Shown: piece after piece, positions 29,643 through 39,935 of the stretch | Layout: each line of letters starts with the position of its first letter | Numbering within the stretch: the stretch's first letter is position 1 | Sequence record: KJ019143.1 | DNA length: 64,000 bases | Direction: 5' to 3' (one strand) | Position numbers and translations under genes: made by a program | The notes under the pieces: generated by a model | Databases searched by the model: none | What the model was told of the DNA's origin: nothing | Seen by the model: the letters and a program-made list of their open reading frames with translations, nothing else

Positions 29643-31289
29643 ATGGCGGATACTAAGTATCTTGGGAATCCAAACCTGAAGAAGGCGAACGTTGCTGTCA
29701 ACTTCACTTTGGAACAGGTGAAGGAGTATGTTAGATGTAAAGAAGACCCAATCTTTTTTGCCAGGAACTACATTAAGATTGTGTCCCTGGACCATGGTCT
29801 TGTGCCATTTAAGTTGTATGATTTCCAGGAAGACTTAGTTAGAAGTTTCCATGAGAAGAGATTTACTATCTGTAAGATGCCTAGACAGACAGGTAAGTCT
29901 ACAACCTGTGTGGCGTTTCTTCTCCACTACTTGGTATTCAATGATAATGTCAACGTCGGTATCCTAGCAAACAAAGCAGCAACTGCTAGAGAGATTCTAG
30001 GACGACTACAGATTGCATATGAAAACTTACCGTCGTGGATGCAACACGGTATTGTTTCTTGGAATAAAGGTTCAGTGGAGTTGGAGAATGGCAGTAAGAT
30101 ATTGGCAGCTTCTACGTCTGCAAGTGCTGTCCGAGGTATGTCTTTTAATATCATCTTCCTCGATGAATTTGCGTTCGTTCAGAACAATATTGCAGAGCAG
30201 TTCTTTGCCTCTGTTTATCCTACTATTACTTCTGGTAAATCAACGAAAGTAATCATCGTTTCCACGCCACATGGTATGAACCACTTCTACCGAATGTGGC
30301 ATGATGCTGAGAGGGGTATAAATGAGTACAATCCAATTGAAGTTCACTGGTCTCAGGTACCGGGAAGAGACTCCATATGGAAAGAACAAACTATTAAGAA
30401 CACTTCTGCTGAACAGTTCAAGGTTGAGTTTGAGTGTGAATTCATTGGTTCTGTTGATACTTTGATTGCTCCATCTGTTCTCAGGGCGATGGAATACAGA
30501 GAACCAATTAGGAAGCAAAAGAGTTTAGATATATTCTACGAACCAGAAAAAGATAACATCTATGTAATCACCGTAGATGTCGCCAGAGGGGTCGGAAAGG
30601 ATTACTCTGCCTTTGTGGTGTTTGATGTCACAAAGTTCCCCTACAAGGTCGTGGCGAAGTATAGAGACAACGAAATCAAGCCAATGGTATTCCCCAGTAT
30701 CATTGAGAGGGTGGCAAAGTCATATAATAGGGCGTGGTGTCTTATTGAGGTGAATGATATTGGTGACCAAGTTGCCTCTATCCTAAACTATGATTTGGAG
30801 TATCCCAACCTCATGATGTGTGCTATGAGAGGTAGGGCTGGTCAGCAACTAGGTGCGGGTTTCAGTGGGTCCAAGACTCAGTTGGGTGTGAAGATGAGTG
30901 TTGCCACCAAGAAACTAGGTTGCTCCAACCTCAAGACTCTGGTGGAGGAAACTAAACTAATCTTTGAAGACTACAATATTGTTCAGGAACTGACGACCTT
31001 TATTCAAAAGAACAACTCATTCCAAGCGGAAGAGGGGTGTAATGATGACTTGGCTATGTGCTTGGTTATCTTCTCTTGGGTAGTGGCTCAGGACTACTTC
31101 AAAGAGATGACTAACAATGATGTGAGAAAGGAGATATACAATGAAAAGGAGAACCAGATTGAACAGGATATGTCACCATTTGGTTTCTTCTCTGACGGAA
31201 CTGAAGAGGGTACCTTTGTAGATAATAGTGGGGACGTGTGGCACACTGATGAATATGGGGATATGAGCCACATGTGGGAATATATGTAG
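29643..31289 (+). CDS. gp17: Terminase large subunit gp17
   Basis: YLGNPNLKKAN, Walker A PRQTGKST, Walker B IIFLDEFAF, nuclease DVARGVGKDYS and DDLAMCL. Confidence 0.97.
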   Translation: MADTKYLGNPNLKKANVAVNFTLEQVKEYVRCKEDPIFFARNYIKIVSLDHGLVPFKLYDFQEDLVRSFHEKRFTICKMPRQTGKSTTCVAFLLHYLVFNDNVNVGILANKAATAREILGRLQIAYENLPSWMQHGIVSWNKGSVELENGSKILAASTSASAVRGMSFNIIFLDEFAFVQNNIAEQFFASVYPTITSGKSTKVIIVSTPHGMNHFYRMWHDAERGINEYNPIEVHWSQVPGRDSIWKEQTIKNTSAEQFKVEFECEFIGSVDTLIAPSVLRAMEYREPIRKQKSLDIFYEPEKDNIYVITVDVARGVGKDYSAFVVFDVTKFPYKVVAKYRDNEIKPMVFPSIIERVAKSYNRAWCLIEVNDIGDQVASILNYDLEYPNLMMCAMRGRAGQQLGAGFSGSKTQLGVKMSVATKKLGCSNLKTLVEETKLIFEDYNIVQELTTFIQKNNSFQAEEGCNDDLAMCLVIFSWVVAQDYFKEMTNNDVRKEIYNEKENQIEQDMSPFGFFSDGTEEGTFVDNSGDVWHTDEYGDMSHMWEYM

Positions 31290-31307
31290 TTCTAAAATAC
31301 ATATTTC

Positions 31308-31315
31308 TATAAATA
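31308..31315 (+). promoter_or_regulatory. Late promoter (TATAAATA)
   Basis: Exact consensus upstream of gp18. Confidence 0.8.
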
Positions 31316-31357
31316 TTTCTAGATTAATTTCGGACTTTCAAAAGGGAGAACCAAAAG

Positions 31358-33553
31358 ATGCCAGTAAACTTAGCATCGCCCGGAATTGTCGTAAGAGAGG
31401 TGGACCTTACCCTAGGTAATGTACAGACTTCTACGGACAAGACCGGCGCAATTGTTGCCTCTTTCGCAAGAGGACCTGTTGATAAGCCAACCCTAATCGC
31501 AAGCGAGAACGAGCTTCTCGATGTCTTCGGACAACCCTCATCTACTGATAGGCAGTATGAAGGATGGCTATCCATTTCTTCTTATTTGTCATATGGCGGT
31601 ATTATGCAGGTTGTTCGTTCTGACAACGAGAAACTCAATAATAGCTTTGTGGGCACGGCCAGCAGCATTAAAATTAAAAGCTTAGAGGATTATAACGATC
31701 TAGCTTATGATGAGAACCAGATTCCTGGTGTCACGGTAGCATCCAGAAACCCAGGATCCTGGGCAAACGGTATTAAGGTAGCGTTTATTGATGGTAAAGC
31801 TGACCAATATGTCAGTTCAGTGGGTCTTGGCACTTCAGCCACTTCTTCCATTGCTCTAGGACAGGGTGTAATTCAAACTATCAGCAAAGTTGCTGCTGGT
31901 GCGGGTACTACACAATTAGTAGAAGGAGACCTTAAGGGTATTATTACTGGAGTAAACACCTCCACGGATCAACTAGAAGTTAAAGTCCTTTCATTCACTC
32001 CCTCAACTGGTTCAAACGCAGGTGTACAATTCGAAGTTGATTATCAACAGGGTGGTACTTGGTCGTTTGTAACTGGACTCTTCCAGGTATATTCTAGCGT
32101 AGGTCTAGTGACCTCAGTAGTAGCCGGTGGAGCATCAGATTGGTTTGATGATCAAACTATCTCCGTTCAAGGTGGTAGAACAACAGTTAATTGGAACTCC
32201 CTAGCCAACAGACCAACCACAACTGAGTTCGCAAGAACTAGAAACGCTCGTTTCGATGAATTCCACATTGTCATTTTTGATGACACAGGTGATGTTACTG
32301 GTAATGCCGGTACTATTCTAGAGAAGAATATTGGAATGTCCAAGGGTACAGATGCTGAGTTCTCAGCTGGTACTCCTTCTTACTGGAGAAAGTATCTAGC
32401 TAACACTTCTTCTTATCTCTTTGGTGGATCATCCCCAGTTGGTGTTGTTACAACTTCCTTTGAGCCCGATAACGGTAATGGTTTCGTTCCTGAAACTGGC
32501 GGTGAGTGGGATCAACAGACCCGTAATAAGAACTTCTATTCCTGTGGTAACCTAGCGGTAACTATGGAGGGTGGTAAGAACTACGACGGTGGAACTGATA
32601 TCGATGCAATCGGTGCGTTAAGAGTAGATGTTGGTGATATCGCAGCAGGTTACGACAACTTTGAGTCCGATGACGAGACTGATATTGATTTCCTAATTAT
32701 GGGATCAGCAGCCTACAACGAACCTGAAACTCAGTCACTAGCTAACAAGATCATCTCGATCGCAGAACTACGTAAAGACGCTATGGCGTTCATTTCACCT
32801 TACAGAGGTTCTCAGATTACTGATTCTGGATCAGGTGCTCAGGTTACTATCAACTCTAACAAGATTACTGATAACCTAATCAGTTTCTACTCAACTGTAG
32901 CTTCTTCCAGTTACGCCGTATTGGACACTGGTTACAAGTACATGTATGATAGGTTCGCAGACAAGTTCAGATATGTTCCTATGAACGGGGACATCGCTGG
33001 ATGTTGTGCAAGAACCGATCAAGTAGCTTTCCCTTGGTTCTCACCAGCAGGAACTACAAGAGGAGCAATCCTCAATGGTGTAAGACTAGCTTACAACCCA
33101 ACACAACAACAGAGAGATCGCCTCTACTCCGCTAGAATCAATCCTGTCATCTTCGCTAATGATGTTGGTGGTATTGTTCTCTTCGGTGATAAGACAGCCC
33201 TATCAGCCTCTTCCGCTTTCGATAGAATCAACGTTCGTCGTTTGTTTATCTACGTAGAAGACGCTGTTAGTTCAGCCGCCAAGGATCAACTCTTTGAATT
33301 TAACGATGAAGTTACTAGAACTAACTTCGTGAATATTGTAGAACCTTTCCTTCGTGATGTTCAAGCGAAAAGAGGTATTACAGACTTCATTGTAGTTTGT
33401 GACGAAACCAATAACACACCTGCTGTTGTTGATAGAAACGAGTTCGTCGCTGACATCTTCATCAAACCAACCCGTTCCATTAACTTCATCGGTCTAACGT
33501 TTGTTGCTACCCGCACTGGCGTAAGTTTCGAAGAGGTTGTTGGTACTGTTTAA
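31358..33553 (+). CDS. gp18: Tail sheath protein gp18
   Basis: LASPGIVVREVDLT, WFSPAG..RG, FDRINVRRLF, FIKPTRSINFI. Confidence 0.97.
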   Translation: MPVNLASPGIVVREVDLTLGNVQTSTDKTGAIVASFARGPVDKPTLIASENELLDVFGQPSSTDRQYEGWLSISSYLSYGGIMQVVRSDNEKLNNSFVGTASSIKIKSLEDYNDLAYDENQIPGVTVASRNPGSWANGIKVAFIDGKADQYVSSVGLGTSATSSIALGQGVIQTISKVAAGAGTTQLVEGDLKGIITGVNTSTDQLEVKVLSFTPSTGSNAGVQFEVDYQQGGTWSFVTGLFQVYSSVGLVTSVVAGGASDWFDDQTISVQGGRTTVNWNSLANRPTTTEFARTRNARFDEFHIVIFDDTGDVTGNAGTILEKNIGMSKGTDAEFSAGTPSYWRKYLANTSSYLFGGSSPVGVVTTSFEPDNGNGFVPETGGEWDQQTRNKNFYSCGNLAVTMEGGKNYDGGTDIDAIGALRVDVGDIAAGYDNFESDDETDIDFLIMGSAAYNEPETQSLANKIISIAELRKDAMAFISPYRGSQITDSGSGAQVTINSNKITDNLISFYSTVASSSYAVLDTGYKYMYDRFADKFRYVPMNGDIAGCCARTDQVAFPWFSPAGTTRGAILNGVRLAYNPTQQQRDRLYSARINPVIFANDVGGIVLFGDKTALSASSAFDRINVRRLFIYVEDAVSSAAKDQLFEFNDEVTRTNFVNIVEPFLRDVQAKRGITDFIVVCDETNNTPAVVDRNEFVADIFIKPTRSINFIGLTFVATRTGVSFEEVVGTV

Positions 33554-33593
33554 TTCACTTCTACCTAAACAAATTTTCAAGGAGCAACCCTAA

Positions 33594-34190
33594 ATGGCAA
33601 GCACAAGATCTCAGGTAGAGGGTCCAGTATTGAGGACGCTGAGTGACTTTAAAGCTAAAATGACTGGTGGCGGTGCCCGCCCCAATCTATTTGAAGTCGT
33701 TCTTCAGTTCCCAATCTCAGCACCTACCGATACCGATACACTACAGAAAACACGTTTCTTAGTTAAGGCAGCTGCACTTCCAGCTTCAAACATTGGTCCC
33801 ATCGAAGTTCCCTTCCGTGGTCGTGTTTTGAAACTAGCAGGTGACAGAACCTTCGATACCTGGACTATTACAGTTCTAAACGACACGGATTTCTCAATCC
33901 GTTCAGCGTTCGAGAAGTGGATGAACTCCATGAATCGTATGGAAGACGCAACTGGTACTCAGGATCCAGCTTTCTATCAGTCAGACGCATATGTCTATCA
34001 GTTAGACAGAGATGGTTCAACTCTACGTACCTATCGTTTCCACGACGTGTTCCCCAATAACCTATCTTCTATGGATCTCAACTATGAGACCACAGATAGC
34101 ATCCACGAATTCACAGTGGAAATGCAGGTTCAGTGGTGGGAAGCAATCAGAGGAACCGGACGTAATGCCGGTGGTGAAGATATCTTCTAA
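33594..34190 (+). CDS. gp19: Tail tube protein gp19
   Basis: GGGARPNLFEV, FRGR.LKLAGDRTFDTWTITVLND, EFTVEMQVQWW. Confidence 0.96.
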   Translation: MASTRSQVEGPVLRTLSDFKAKMTGGGARPNLFEVVLQFPISAPTDTDTLQKTRFLVKAAALPASNIGPIEVPFRGRVLKLAGDRTFDTWTITVLNDTDFSIRSAFEKWMNSMNRMEDATGTQDPAFYQSDAYVYQLDRDGSTLRTYRFHDVFPNNLSSMDLNYETTDSIHEFTVEMQVQWWEAIRGTGRNAGGEDIF

Positions 34191-34207
34191 ACCTAGTTCA
34201 GTACAAG

Positions 34208-34236
34208 AGACCTCCTCAAAAAGGGGGTCTTTTTTT
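34208..34236 (+). terminator. Intrinsic terminator after gp19
   Basis: agacctcct-caaaa-agggggtct followed by a T run. Confidence 0.8.
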
Positions 34237-34241
34237 ATGCG

Positions 34242-34248
34242 CTAAATA
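34242..34248 (+). promoter_or_regulatory. Late promoter variant (CTAAATA)
   Basis: Between the gp19 terminator and gp20. Confidence 0.65.
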
Positions 34249-34298
34249 TATTCACGGGTCGTACCCATACATGTTATTATAGGAAGAAAATACTCGTT

Positions 34299-36059
34299 AT
34301 GGGAAGGTTATTCGGTTTTTCAATTGAAGAAGACGACATCCAACGCCCTGGATCGATAAGTCCGGTTCCCGAAAATAACCAGGATGGTGTAGATTACTAT
34401 GCCTCTGGTGGTGCGTTTGGTTCTTCTTACGTTGATATTGAAGGTGTATTTAGAACAGAGTATGATCTGATTCGTAGATACAGAGAAATGGCACTCTACC
34501 CCGAAGTGGATTGTGCGGTAGAAGATATTGTCAATGAAGCAATTGTTAGTGACCTATATGAATCACCAGTTCAGATTGAACTCAGTAATGTAGATGCTAG
34601 TGAGAAAGTAAAGAATATTATTCGTGATGAGTTCAAATACATCAAGGAGATGTTGGACTTTGATAAGAGAGCACACGAGATTTTCCGTAACTGGTATATC
34701 GACGGTCGTATGCACTACCTAAAGGTTATCGACTTCGAGAGACCCCAAGATGGTATTATGGATCTACGATATATTGATCCTATGAAGATCAAGTTTGTTC
34801 GTAAGATCAATAATAAAGCACAAAATAGTCCCATTGCGAGTAAGGTACTAACACTAAACAATACTGGAGCACAGATTCCTAACGGTAGAAACGATGCTTT
34901 CAGTGCTGGTATTGATGAGTATTATGTTTATACTCCTGGTGCATCTACTGGTGGTTGTGGAACTGCGGGTATGGCAGTTGGTAACTCAGCACAATCATCT
35001 ATCAAGATTGCTAAAGATTCAATTGCCTACTGTAACTCTGGTCTAGTTGATAGAAACGCACAGACAGTTTTATCCTGGATTCACAAGGCAATCAAAGCGG
35101 CCAATCAACTCCGTATGATTGAAGACTCTATTGTTATCTACAGACTATCAAGAGCACCAGAAAGAAGAATCTTCTATATTGATGTTGGTAATCTACCCAA
35201 AGTAAAGGCAGAGCAATACCTACACCAGGTGATGCAGAGATATAGAAATAAGATGACGTATAACGCATCTACTGGTGAGATGAAGAGTGATAAGAAAGTA
35301 CTTTCTATGTTGGAAGACTTCTGGTTGCCTAGAAGAGAAGGTGGTAGAGGAACAGAAATCTCTACACTTCCCGGTGGTCAGAACCTAGGTGAGATCAGTG
35401 ACCTAGAGTATTTTAGGAATAGACTATATGATTCCCTAAACGTACCTCGTTCCAGACAACCTGGTTCCAGCGATGGTTTTAGTTTGGGACGTTCCAGTGA
35501 AATTCTAAGGGATGAAGTTAAGTTCTCCAAGTTCGTAGCTAGACTCCGTAAGAGATTTGCTGGTCTATTCAATGATATCCTAAAGACTCAACTGATTCTC
35601 AAGAATATCATTACTCCCGAAGATTGGGAGATGTTAAAGGATAACATCCAGTATGATTTCCTCTATGACAACCATTTTGCCGAACTCAAAGATACTGAAC
35701 TTATGCAGGAGAGATTCAATCTCCTAGCACAGGCAGAACCTTATATCGGTAAGTATTATTCTCAACAGTATATCAGAACTAAAATCCTCCGTCAAACTGA
35801 CGGTGAGATGGTAGAGGAAGATAAGCAGATTGAGAAAGAGATTGAGAGTGGGGCTATTCCAGATCCCGCTCTTATTGATCCCATTACTGGGGAACAAATG
35901 ATTCCTGGTGGTGAATCTCCACCTGTTCCAGGAGAAGATCAACCTCAAGATGGTGTTGGTGGTAAAGCTGAAATGGGAGCCCCTATTCAAGATAATGATG
36001 TAAAGGTTAACATTGATCGGTCTACCAAAATGCCTGAAAAGGGATTAGGTGAAATCTAA
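34299..36059 (+). CDS. gp20: Portal protein gp20
   Basis: IYRLSRAPERRIFYIDVGNLPKVKAEQYL, MLEDFWLPRREGGRGTEISTLPGGQNLGE. Confidence 0.98.
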   Translation: MGRLFGFSIEEDDIQRPGSISPVPENNQDGVDYYASGGAFGSSYVDIEGVFRTEYDLIRRYREMALYPEVDCAVEDIVNEAIVSDLYESPVQIELSNVDASEKVKNIIRDEFKYIKEMLDFDKRAHEIFRNWYIDGRMHYLKVIDFERPQDGIMDLRYIDPMKIKFVRKINNKAQNSPIASKVLTLNNTGAQIPNGRNDAFSAGIDEYYVYTPGASTGGCGTAGMAVGNSAQSSIKIAKDSIAYCNSGLVDRNAQTVLSWIHKAIKAANQLRMIEDSIVIYRLSRAPERRIFYIDVGNLPKVKAEQYLHQVMQRYRNKMTYNASTGEMKSDKKVLSMLEDFWLPRREGGRGTEISTLPGGQNLGEISDLEYFRNRLYDSLNVPRSRQPGSSDGFSLGRSSEILRDEVKFSKFVARLRKRFAGLFNDILKTQLILKNIITPEDWEMLKDNIQYDFLYDNHFAELKDTELMQERFNLLAQAEPYIGKYYSQQYIRTKILRQTDGEMVEEDKQIEKEIESGAIPDPALIDPITGEQMIPGGESPPVPGEDQPQDGVGGKAEMGAPIQDNDVKVNIDRSTKMPEKGLGEI

Positions 36060-36064
36060 ACCTA

Positions 36065-36071
36065 ATAAATA
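36065..36071 (+). promoter_or_regulatory. Late promoter (ATAAATA)
   Basis: In the gap after gp20. Confidence 0.6.
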
Positions 36072-36090
36072 AAACATATATCTTTTTATT

Positions 36091-36318
36091 ATGGAAATCG
36101 ACACATCGGTTGTGGATGCCATTGTGAGTGGTGAAACACCCGCAGGTATTACACAATCCATTAAGGATCTTCTGTATGCAAAAGCAAGCGAAAGGGTTGA
36201 TACCTATCGTGATGTAGTAGCAGACAGAATGTTTGGTGGTTCCGAAGTTCCCGAAGGGGAAACAGAAGAACCAGTAGCCGAACTTGAGAGTGATGAGGAA
36301 GGGGTAGAAGAAGAGTGA
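36091..36318 (+). CDS. Small acidic prohead-core-like protein (gp67 position)
   Basis: 75 aa with a Glu-rich tail; lies between the portal and protease genes. Confidence 0.55.
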   Translation: MEIDTSVVDAIVSGETPAGITQSIKDLLYAKASERVDTYRDVVADRMFGGSEVPEGETEEPVAELESDEEGVEEE

Positions 36319-36572
36319 TTAAGATTGTATTCTCCGAGGTTGATAGTCCAACGGACTCTGACCAGGCAATCAGTCTCAACAACTCTAGTGGTGTTAGGGC
36401 AATTAATTGTTCTAAAAAACCATATCTACTCTACCTAATCGATAACATAAGTGGAGAGACTAGATCACTTACATTAGTGAGTAATGAAAGTCTTATCCTC
36501 AAAAAACACAGTTACGATAAGGTATATGCTTCATCGAAAACTGTTCGTATCGCTGGAGTAAGCATCTACTAA
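36315..36572 (+). CDS. Small hypothetical protein
   Basis: 85-aa GTG-start ORF overlapping the previous stop; directly before gp21. Confidence 0.55.
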   Translation: MIKIVFSEVDSPTDSDQAISLNNSSGVRAINCSKKPYLLYLIDNISGETRSLTLVSNESLILKKHSYDKVYASSKTVRIAGVSIY

Positions 36573-36573
36573 C

Positions 36574-37224
36574 ATGAAACTAATTACAGAAGAAATTAAC
36601 AAGGTTGAATTTATTGTCGAAGAAAACAATGGCAAACAGTCATGTTTTATTGAGGGAAACTTCCTTCAGGGCAATATTAAAAACCGAAATGGTCGTGTCT
36701 ATAGAACCGAGACACTAGCTCGTGAAGTTGCTCGTTACAATGAACAGTATGTTCAGAACGGACGAGCTCTCGGTGAACTTGGGCATCCTGATGGACCCAC
36801 AGTTAACTTGGACCGAGTATCACATAACATTATTTCACTTCGTCAAGAGGGGAATAATTTCATAGGTAAGGCAAAACTTCTTGATACTCCTATGGGAAAT
36901 ATCGCTAAGAGCCTTATTGGTGAAGGTGTTAAACTTGGAGTTTCTTCTCGTGGTGTTGGTTCCATTAGTGAAACGAAGCAAGGATATAAGCTTGTTGGTG
37001 AAGACTTTATGTTGGCAACCGCAGCTGATATTGTAGCTGATCCTAGTGCCCCAGACGCTTTTGTTCAGGGTATCATGGAAGGAAAAGAGTGGGTTTTTGT
37101 TAATGGACTCTTGAGAGAGAGTGACATTAAGAGCACACAGTCTACAATTGACAAACTAGTTGTCACAAAGGAACTTGAGGAGAAGAAGATTCAACTTTTT
37201 CAAGATTTTCTTTCAAATCTATAA
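36574..37224 (+). CDS. gp21: Prohead protease gp21
   Basis: NRNGRVY, RALGELGHP, GVSSRGVGS, DIVADPSAPDAFV. Confidence 0.97.
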   Translation: MKLITEEINKVEFIVEENNGKQSCFIEGNFLQGNIKNRNGRVYRTETLAREVARYNEQYVQNGRALGELGHPDGPTVNLDRVSHNIISLRQEGNNFIGKAKLLDTPMGNIAKSLIGEGVKLGVSSRGVGSISETKQGYKLVGEDFMLATAADIVADPSAPDAFVQGIMEGKEWVFVNGLLRESDIKSTQSTIDKLVVTKELEEKKIQLFQDFLSNL

Positions 37225-37228
37225 ACTC

Positions 37229-37236
37229 TATAAATA
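37229..37236 (+). promoter_or_regulatory. Late promoter (TATAAATA)
   Basis: Exact consensus upstream of gp22/gp23. Confidence 0.8.
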
Positions 37237-37292
37237 AACATAGATTTATATTATATAAATTACACTCGTCGGTAGCAATCTAATTACAAGAC

Positions 37293-38396
37293 ATGGAAAA
37301 CGTAGTAACGAAAGGTGCTAAGTCGGCTGAGGCTATGGATAAAGTCTCACCCAGCGTAGTACCCGGACAGTCAATCACCGATCTCGGTGGTCCTACTCCC
37401 GAAAACTATACTAATGAGCCTGACGGCTCTGCGAAGCTTAATGATGCCGGTGGTCCCCTCAAGAAAGTTGAGGATGTGGTCACCAAAGGCGCTAAGAAGT
37501 CAGAAGGTATGGAAAAGGCATCCCCAGAACCACCATCTGGTGGAACAACTGATGCCCGATCCGCTTCTTCACAAGCTGAGAAAGTAACAACCAAACCCCC
37601 CGGTCAAACCACTAAGGAAGAGACTGAGGTAGAGGAAGAGGAAGTTCTTATTTCAGAAATTGATATTGAAGAAGACGTAACTGCACTTCTAAGTGGTGAG
37701 GAGCTCTCTGAAGAATTTCAGAGTAAGGCTCGTACCATCTTTGAAGCGGCCATCCGTAACAAGGTTGCTATCGCTAAAGAAGAACTCCAAGTAGCATACG
37801 AAACTCGCCTAGTTGAAGAACTAGAGCTAGTACGTGAGTCAGTCGCTAGTCGAGTTGACGCATACTTAGAGTACGTAGCCGATGAGTGGATGGCTGAAAA
37901 TGCCATCGCCGTCGAACATGGACTAAGAACTGAAATGACAGAGAGCTTTATCTCTGGCATGAAGCAACTATTTGACAGTCACTATGTTTCAATCCCTGAA
38001 GAGAGATTTGATGTAGTAGAGTCCATGGTTGAGAAACTTGATGAAATGGAAGAAAAACTCAATGAGCAAATTGAGCGTAACATCACCCTAAACAGCCGTT
38101 TAGGTCAAACTGTTGCTGAAGGTATCTTCATAGAAGTATCTGAAGGATTAGCTGAAACCCAAAAGGATAAGCTTATCGCCCTTGCTGAAAACGTTGAGTT
38201 TGATAGTGAAGCAGGTTATCGTGAGAAACTAGAGAGTCTCAAGGAATCTTATTTCCCTGGTAGACCCTCAACTATCGCGAGCAGAAACAGTGTAGAGGAC
38301 CTTACTGAAGAGGTTAACGTTGGTGGGGAAGCCCGTCAGGTTACCGGTTCAATGGCCGCCTACCTACAGACACTCGATAGAGTTTCTAAAAAGTGA
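37293..38396 (+). CDS. gp22: Prohead scaffold protein gp22
   Basis: DLGGPTPENY, Glu-rich coiled coil, YLEYVADEWMAEN; between gp21 and gp23. Confidence 0.93.
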   Translation: MENVVTKGAKSAEAMDKVSPSVVPGQSITDLGGPTPENYTNEPDGSAKLNDAGGPLKKVEDVVTKGAKKSEGMEKASPEPPSGGTTDARSASSQAEKVTTKPPGQTTKEETEVEEEEVLISEIDIEEDVTALLSGEELSEEFQSKARTIFEAAIRNKVAIAKEELQVAYETRLVEELELVRESVASRVDAYLEYVADEWMAENAIAVEHGLRTEMTESFISGMKQLFDSHYVSIPEERFDVVESMVEKLDEMEEKLNEQIERNITLNSRLGQTVAEGIFIEVSEGLAETQKDKLIALAENVEFDSEAGYREKLESLKESYFPGRPSTIASRNSVEDLTEEVNVGGEARQVTGSMAAYLQTLDRVSKK

Positions 38397-38449
38397 ATTC
38401 TAAATTATTAGATCAAACAAAACATTTTTAACAATAGGTTTTAAAACAA

Positions 38450-39853
38450 ATGTACAATTCCGCAAACTCCGAATTTCTCCAGGAGAAGTGGGCACCAATC
38501 CTCGAGCACGGTGAGTCCATCCAGGACGCACACAAGCGTGCCGTAACTGCCCAACTTCTAGAGAACCAGGAAGTAGCCCTTTCCGAAGAGCGTGCTTTCC
38601 TTTCAGAAGCTCCAACAGTAAACACCGACCCTAACGCAACTGGCAACGCTGGTTTCTCTGGTAATGGTGATCAATCAGTAGCTGGTTTCGATCCAGTACT
38701 CATCAGCCTCATCCGTCGTTCAATGCCTAACTTGATGGCATACGACCTTTGTGGTGTTCAGCCAATGAACGGTCCTACCGGTCTTATCTTCGCGATGAGA
38801 AGCCGTTATGACTCACAGACAGGCGACGAGACCTTCTACAACGAAGTCAACTCTGCCTTCTCCGCACAGAACCAGTCCGGTACAGCTACTCAGGGTAACT
38901 ACTCTGGTCAGGTTGGCGCTGGTAACACAGTTGGTTTCGGTACAACCGCACAACGTGGTTCTAACCCTTCTATCCTCAACCCCGAGCCCGGTGACCAAGT
39001 TGGTTACAACGTAGGCCAGGGTATGTTGACCCAGGACGCTGAGAACCTTGGCGAAACTGGTACAGAGTTCAATGAGATGGGCTTCTCAATCGAGAAGGTC
39101 ACCGTAACTGCTAAGTCACGGGCACTCAAGGCTCAGTACAGCATGGAATTGGCTCAGGATCTCAAAGCGATCCACGGTCTAAACGCCGAAGCTGAACTAT
39201 CTAACATCCTCGCCTCTGAAATTCTTTCAGAGATCAACAGAGAAGTTGTTAGAACTATCTACAAGTCAGCTGTATTCGGTGCTCAGAACAACGTAGCCAC
39301 TCCTGGTGTATTTGACCTAGACGTTGATTCCAACGGTAGATGGTCAGTTGAGAAGTTCAAAGGACTTATCTTCCAGATCGAAAGAGACGCTAACGCGATC
39401 GCGCAACAAACTCGTAGAGGAAAGGGTAACTTCATCCTTTGTTCCGCGGATGTTGCTTCAGCTCTAACCATGGCTGGTGTACTTGACTACACCCCAGCAC
39501 TCAACGCTAACCTTAACGTTGATGACACCGGTAACACCTTCGCTGGTGTTCTACAAGGTAAGTATAGAGTCTACATTGACCCATACGCAGCTAACGTCAG
39601 CAACAACCAGTACTATGTCGCTGGTTACAAAGGTTCCTCACCTTATGACGCTGGTCTCTTTTATTGCCCCTACGTGCCATTGCAGATGGTCCGTTCAGTT
39701 GGACAGGACACCTTCCAGCCACGTATCGGATTCAAGACCCGTTACGGAATGGTCGCAAACCCATTCGCAGAAGGTCTTGAAGCTGGCTATGGCCGCATCA
39801 CTCCTAACAGTAACGTCTACTACAGACGCGTTCAAGTGAAGAACTTGATGTGA
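38450..39853 (+). CDS. gp23: Major capsid protein gp23
   Basis: DPVLISLIRRSMPNLMAYDLCGVQPMNGPTGLIFAMRS, KSRALKAQY, GFKTRYG, YYRRVQVKNL. Confidence 0.99.
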   Translation: MYNSANSEFLQEKWAPILEHGESIQDAHKRAVTAQLLENQEVALSEERAFLSEAPTVNTDPNATGNAGFSGNGDQSVAGFDPVLISLIRRSMPNLMAYDLCGVQPMNGPTGLIFAMRSRYDSQTGDETFYNEVNSAFSAQNQSGTATQGNYSGQVGAGNTVGFGTTAQRGSNPSILNPEPGDQVGYNVGQGMLTQDAENLGETGTEFNEMGFSIEKVTVTAKSRALKAQYSMELAQDLKAIHGLNAEAELSNILASEILSEINREVVRTIYKSAVFGAQNNVATPGVFDLDVDSNGRWSVEKFKGLIFQIERDANAIAQQTRRGKGNFILCSADVASALTMAGVLDYTPALNANLNVDDTGNTFAGVLQGKYRVYIDPYAANVSNNQYYVAGYKGSSPYDAGLFYCPYVPLQMVRSVGQDTFQPRIGFKTRYGMVANPFAEGLEAGYGRITPNSNVYYRRVQVKNLM

Positions 39854-39895
39854 TCCAATAGCTCCGACGAGTTTTATCACATCAAACACTTACTG

Positions 39896-39904
39896 TGTTA
39901 TACT
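39896..39904 (+). promoter_or_regulatory. Extended -10 promoter (TGtTATACT) abutting the gp23 terminator
   Basis: The motif lies immediately 5' of the terminator stem, so +1 would fall inside the stem. Confidence 0.5.
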
Positions 39905-39905
39905 T

Positions 39906-39930
39906 GGGGGACTTCGGTCCCCCTTTTTTT
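39906..39930 (+). terminator. Intrinsic terminator after gp23
   Basis: ggggac-ttcg-gtcccc (cUUCGg loop) followed by T8. Confidence 0.92.
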
Positions 39931-39935
39931 GTGCT

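Noticed and set aside
29643-31289. Intein or intron in the terminase (also checked gp46, uvsW, uvsX, gp20, gp23)
   Set aside because: Lengths are normal, motifs are contiguous, and there are no intein splice-junction signatures.
37293-37530. Internal duplication in the gp22 N-terminus (VVTKGAKS..MDK.SP / VVTKGAKK..MEK.SP)
   Set aside because: The duplication is real, but it appears to be an ordinary feature of cyanophage scaffold proteins.
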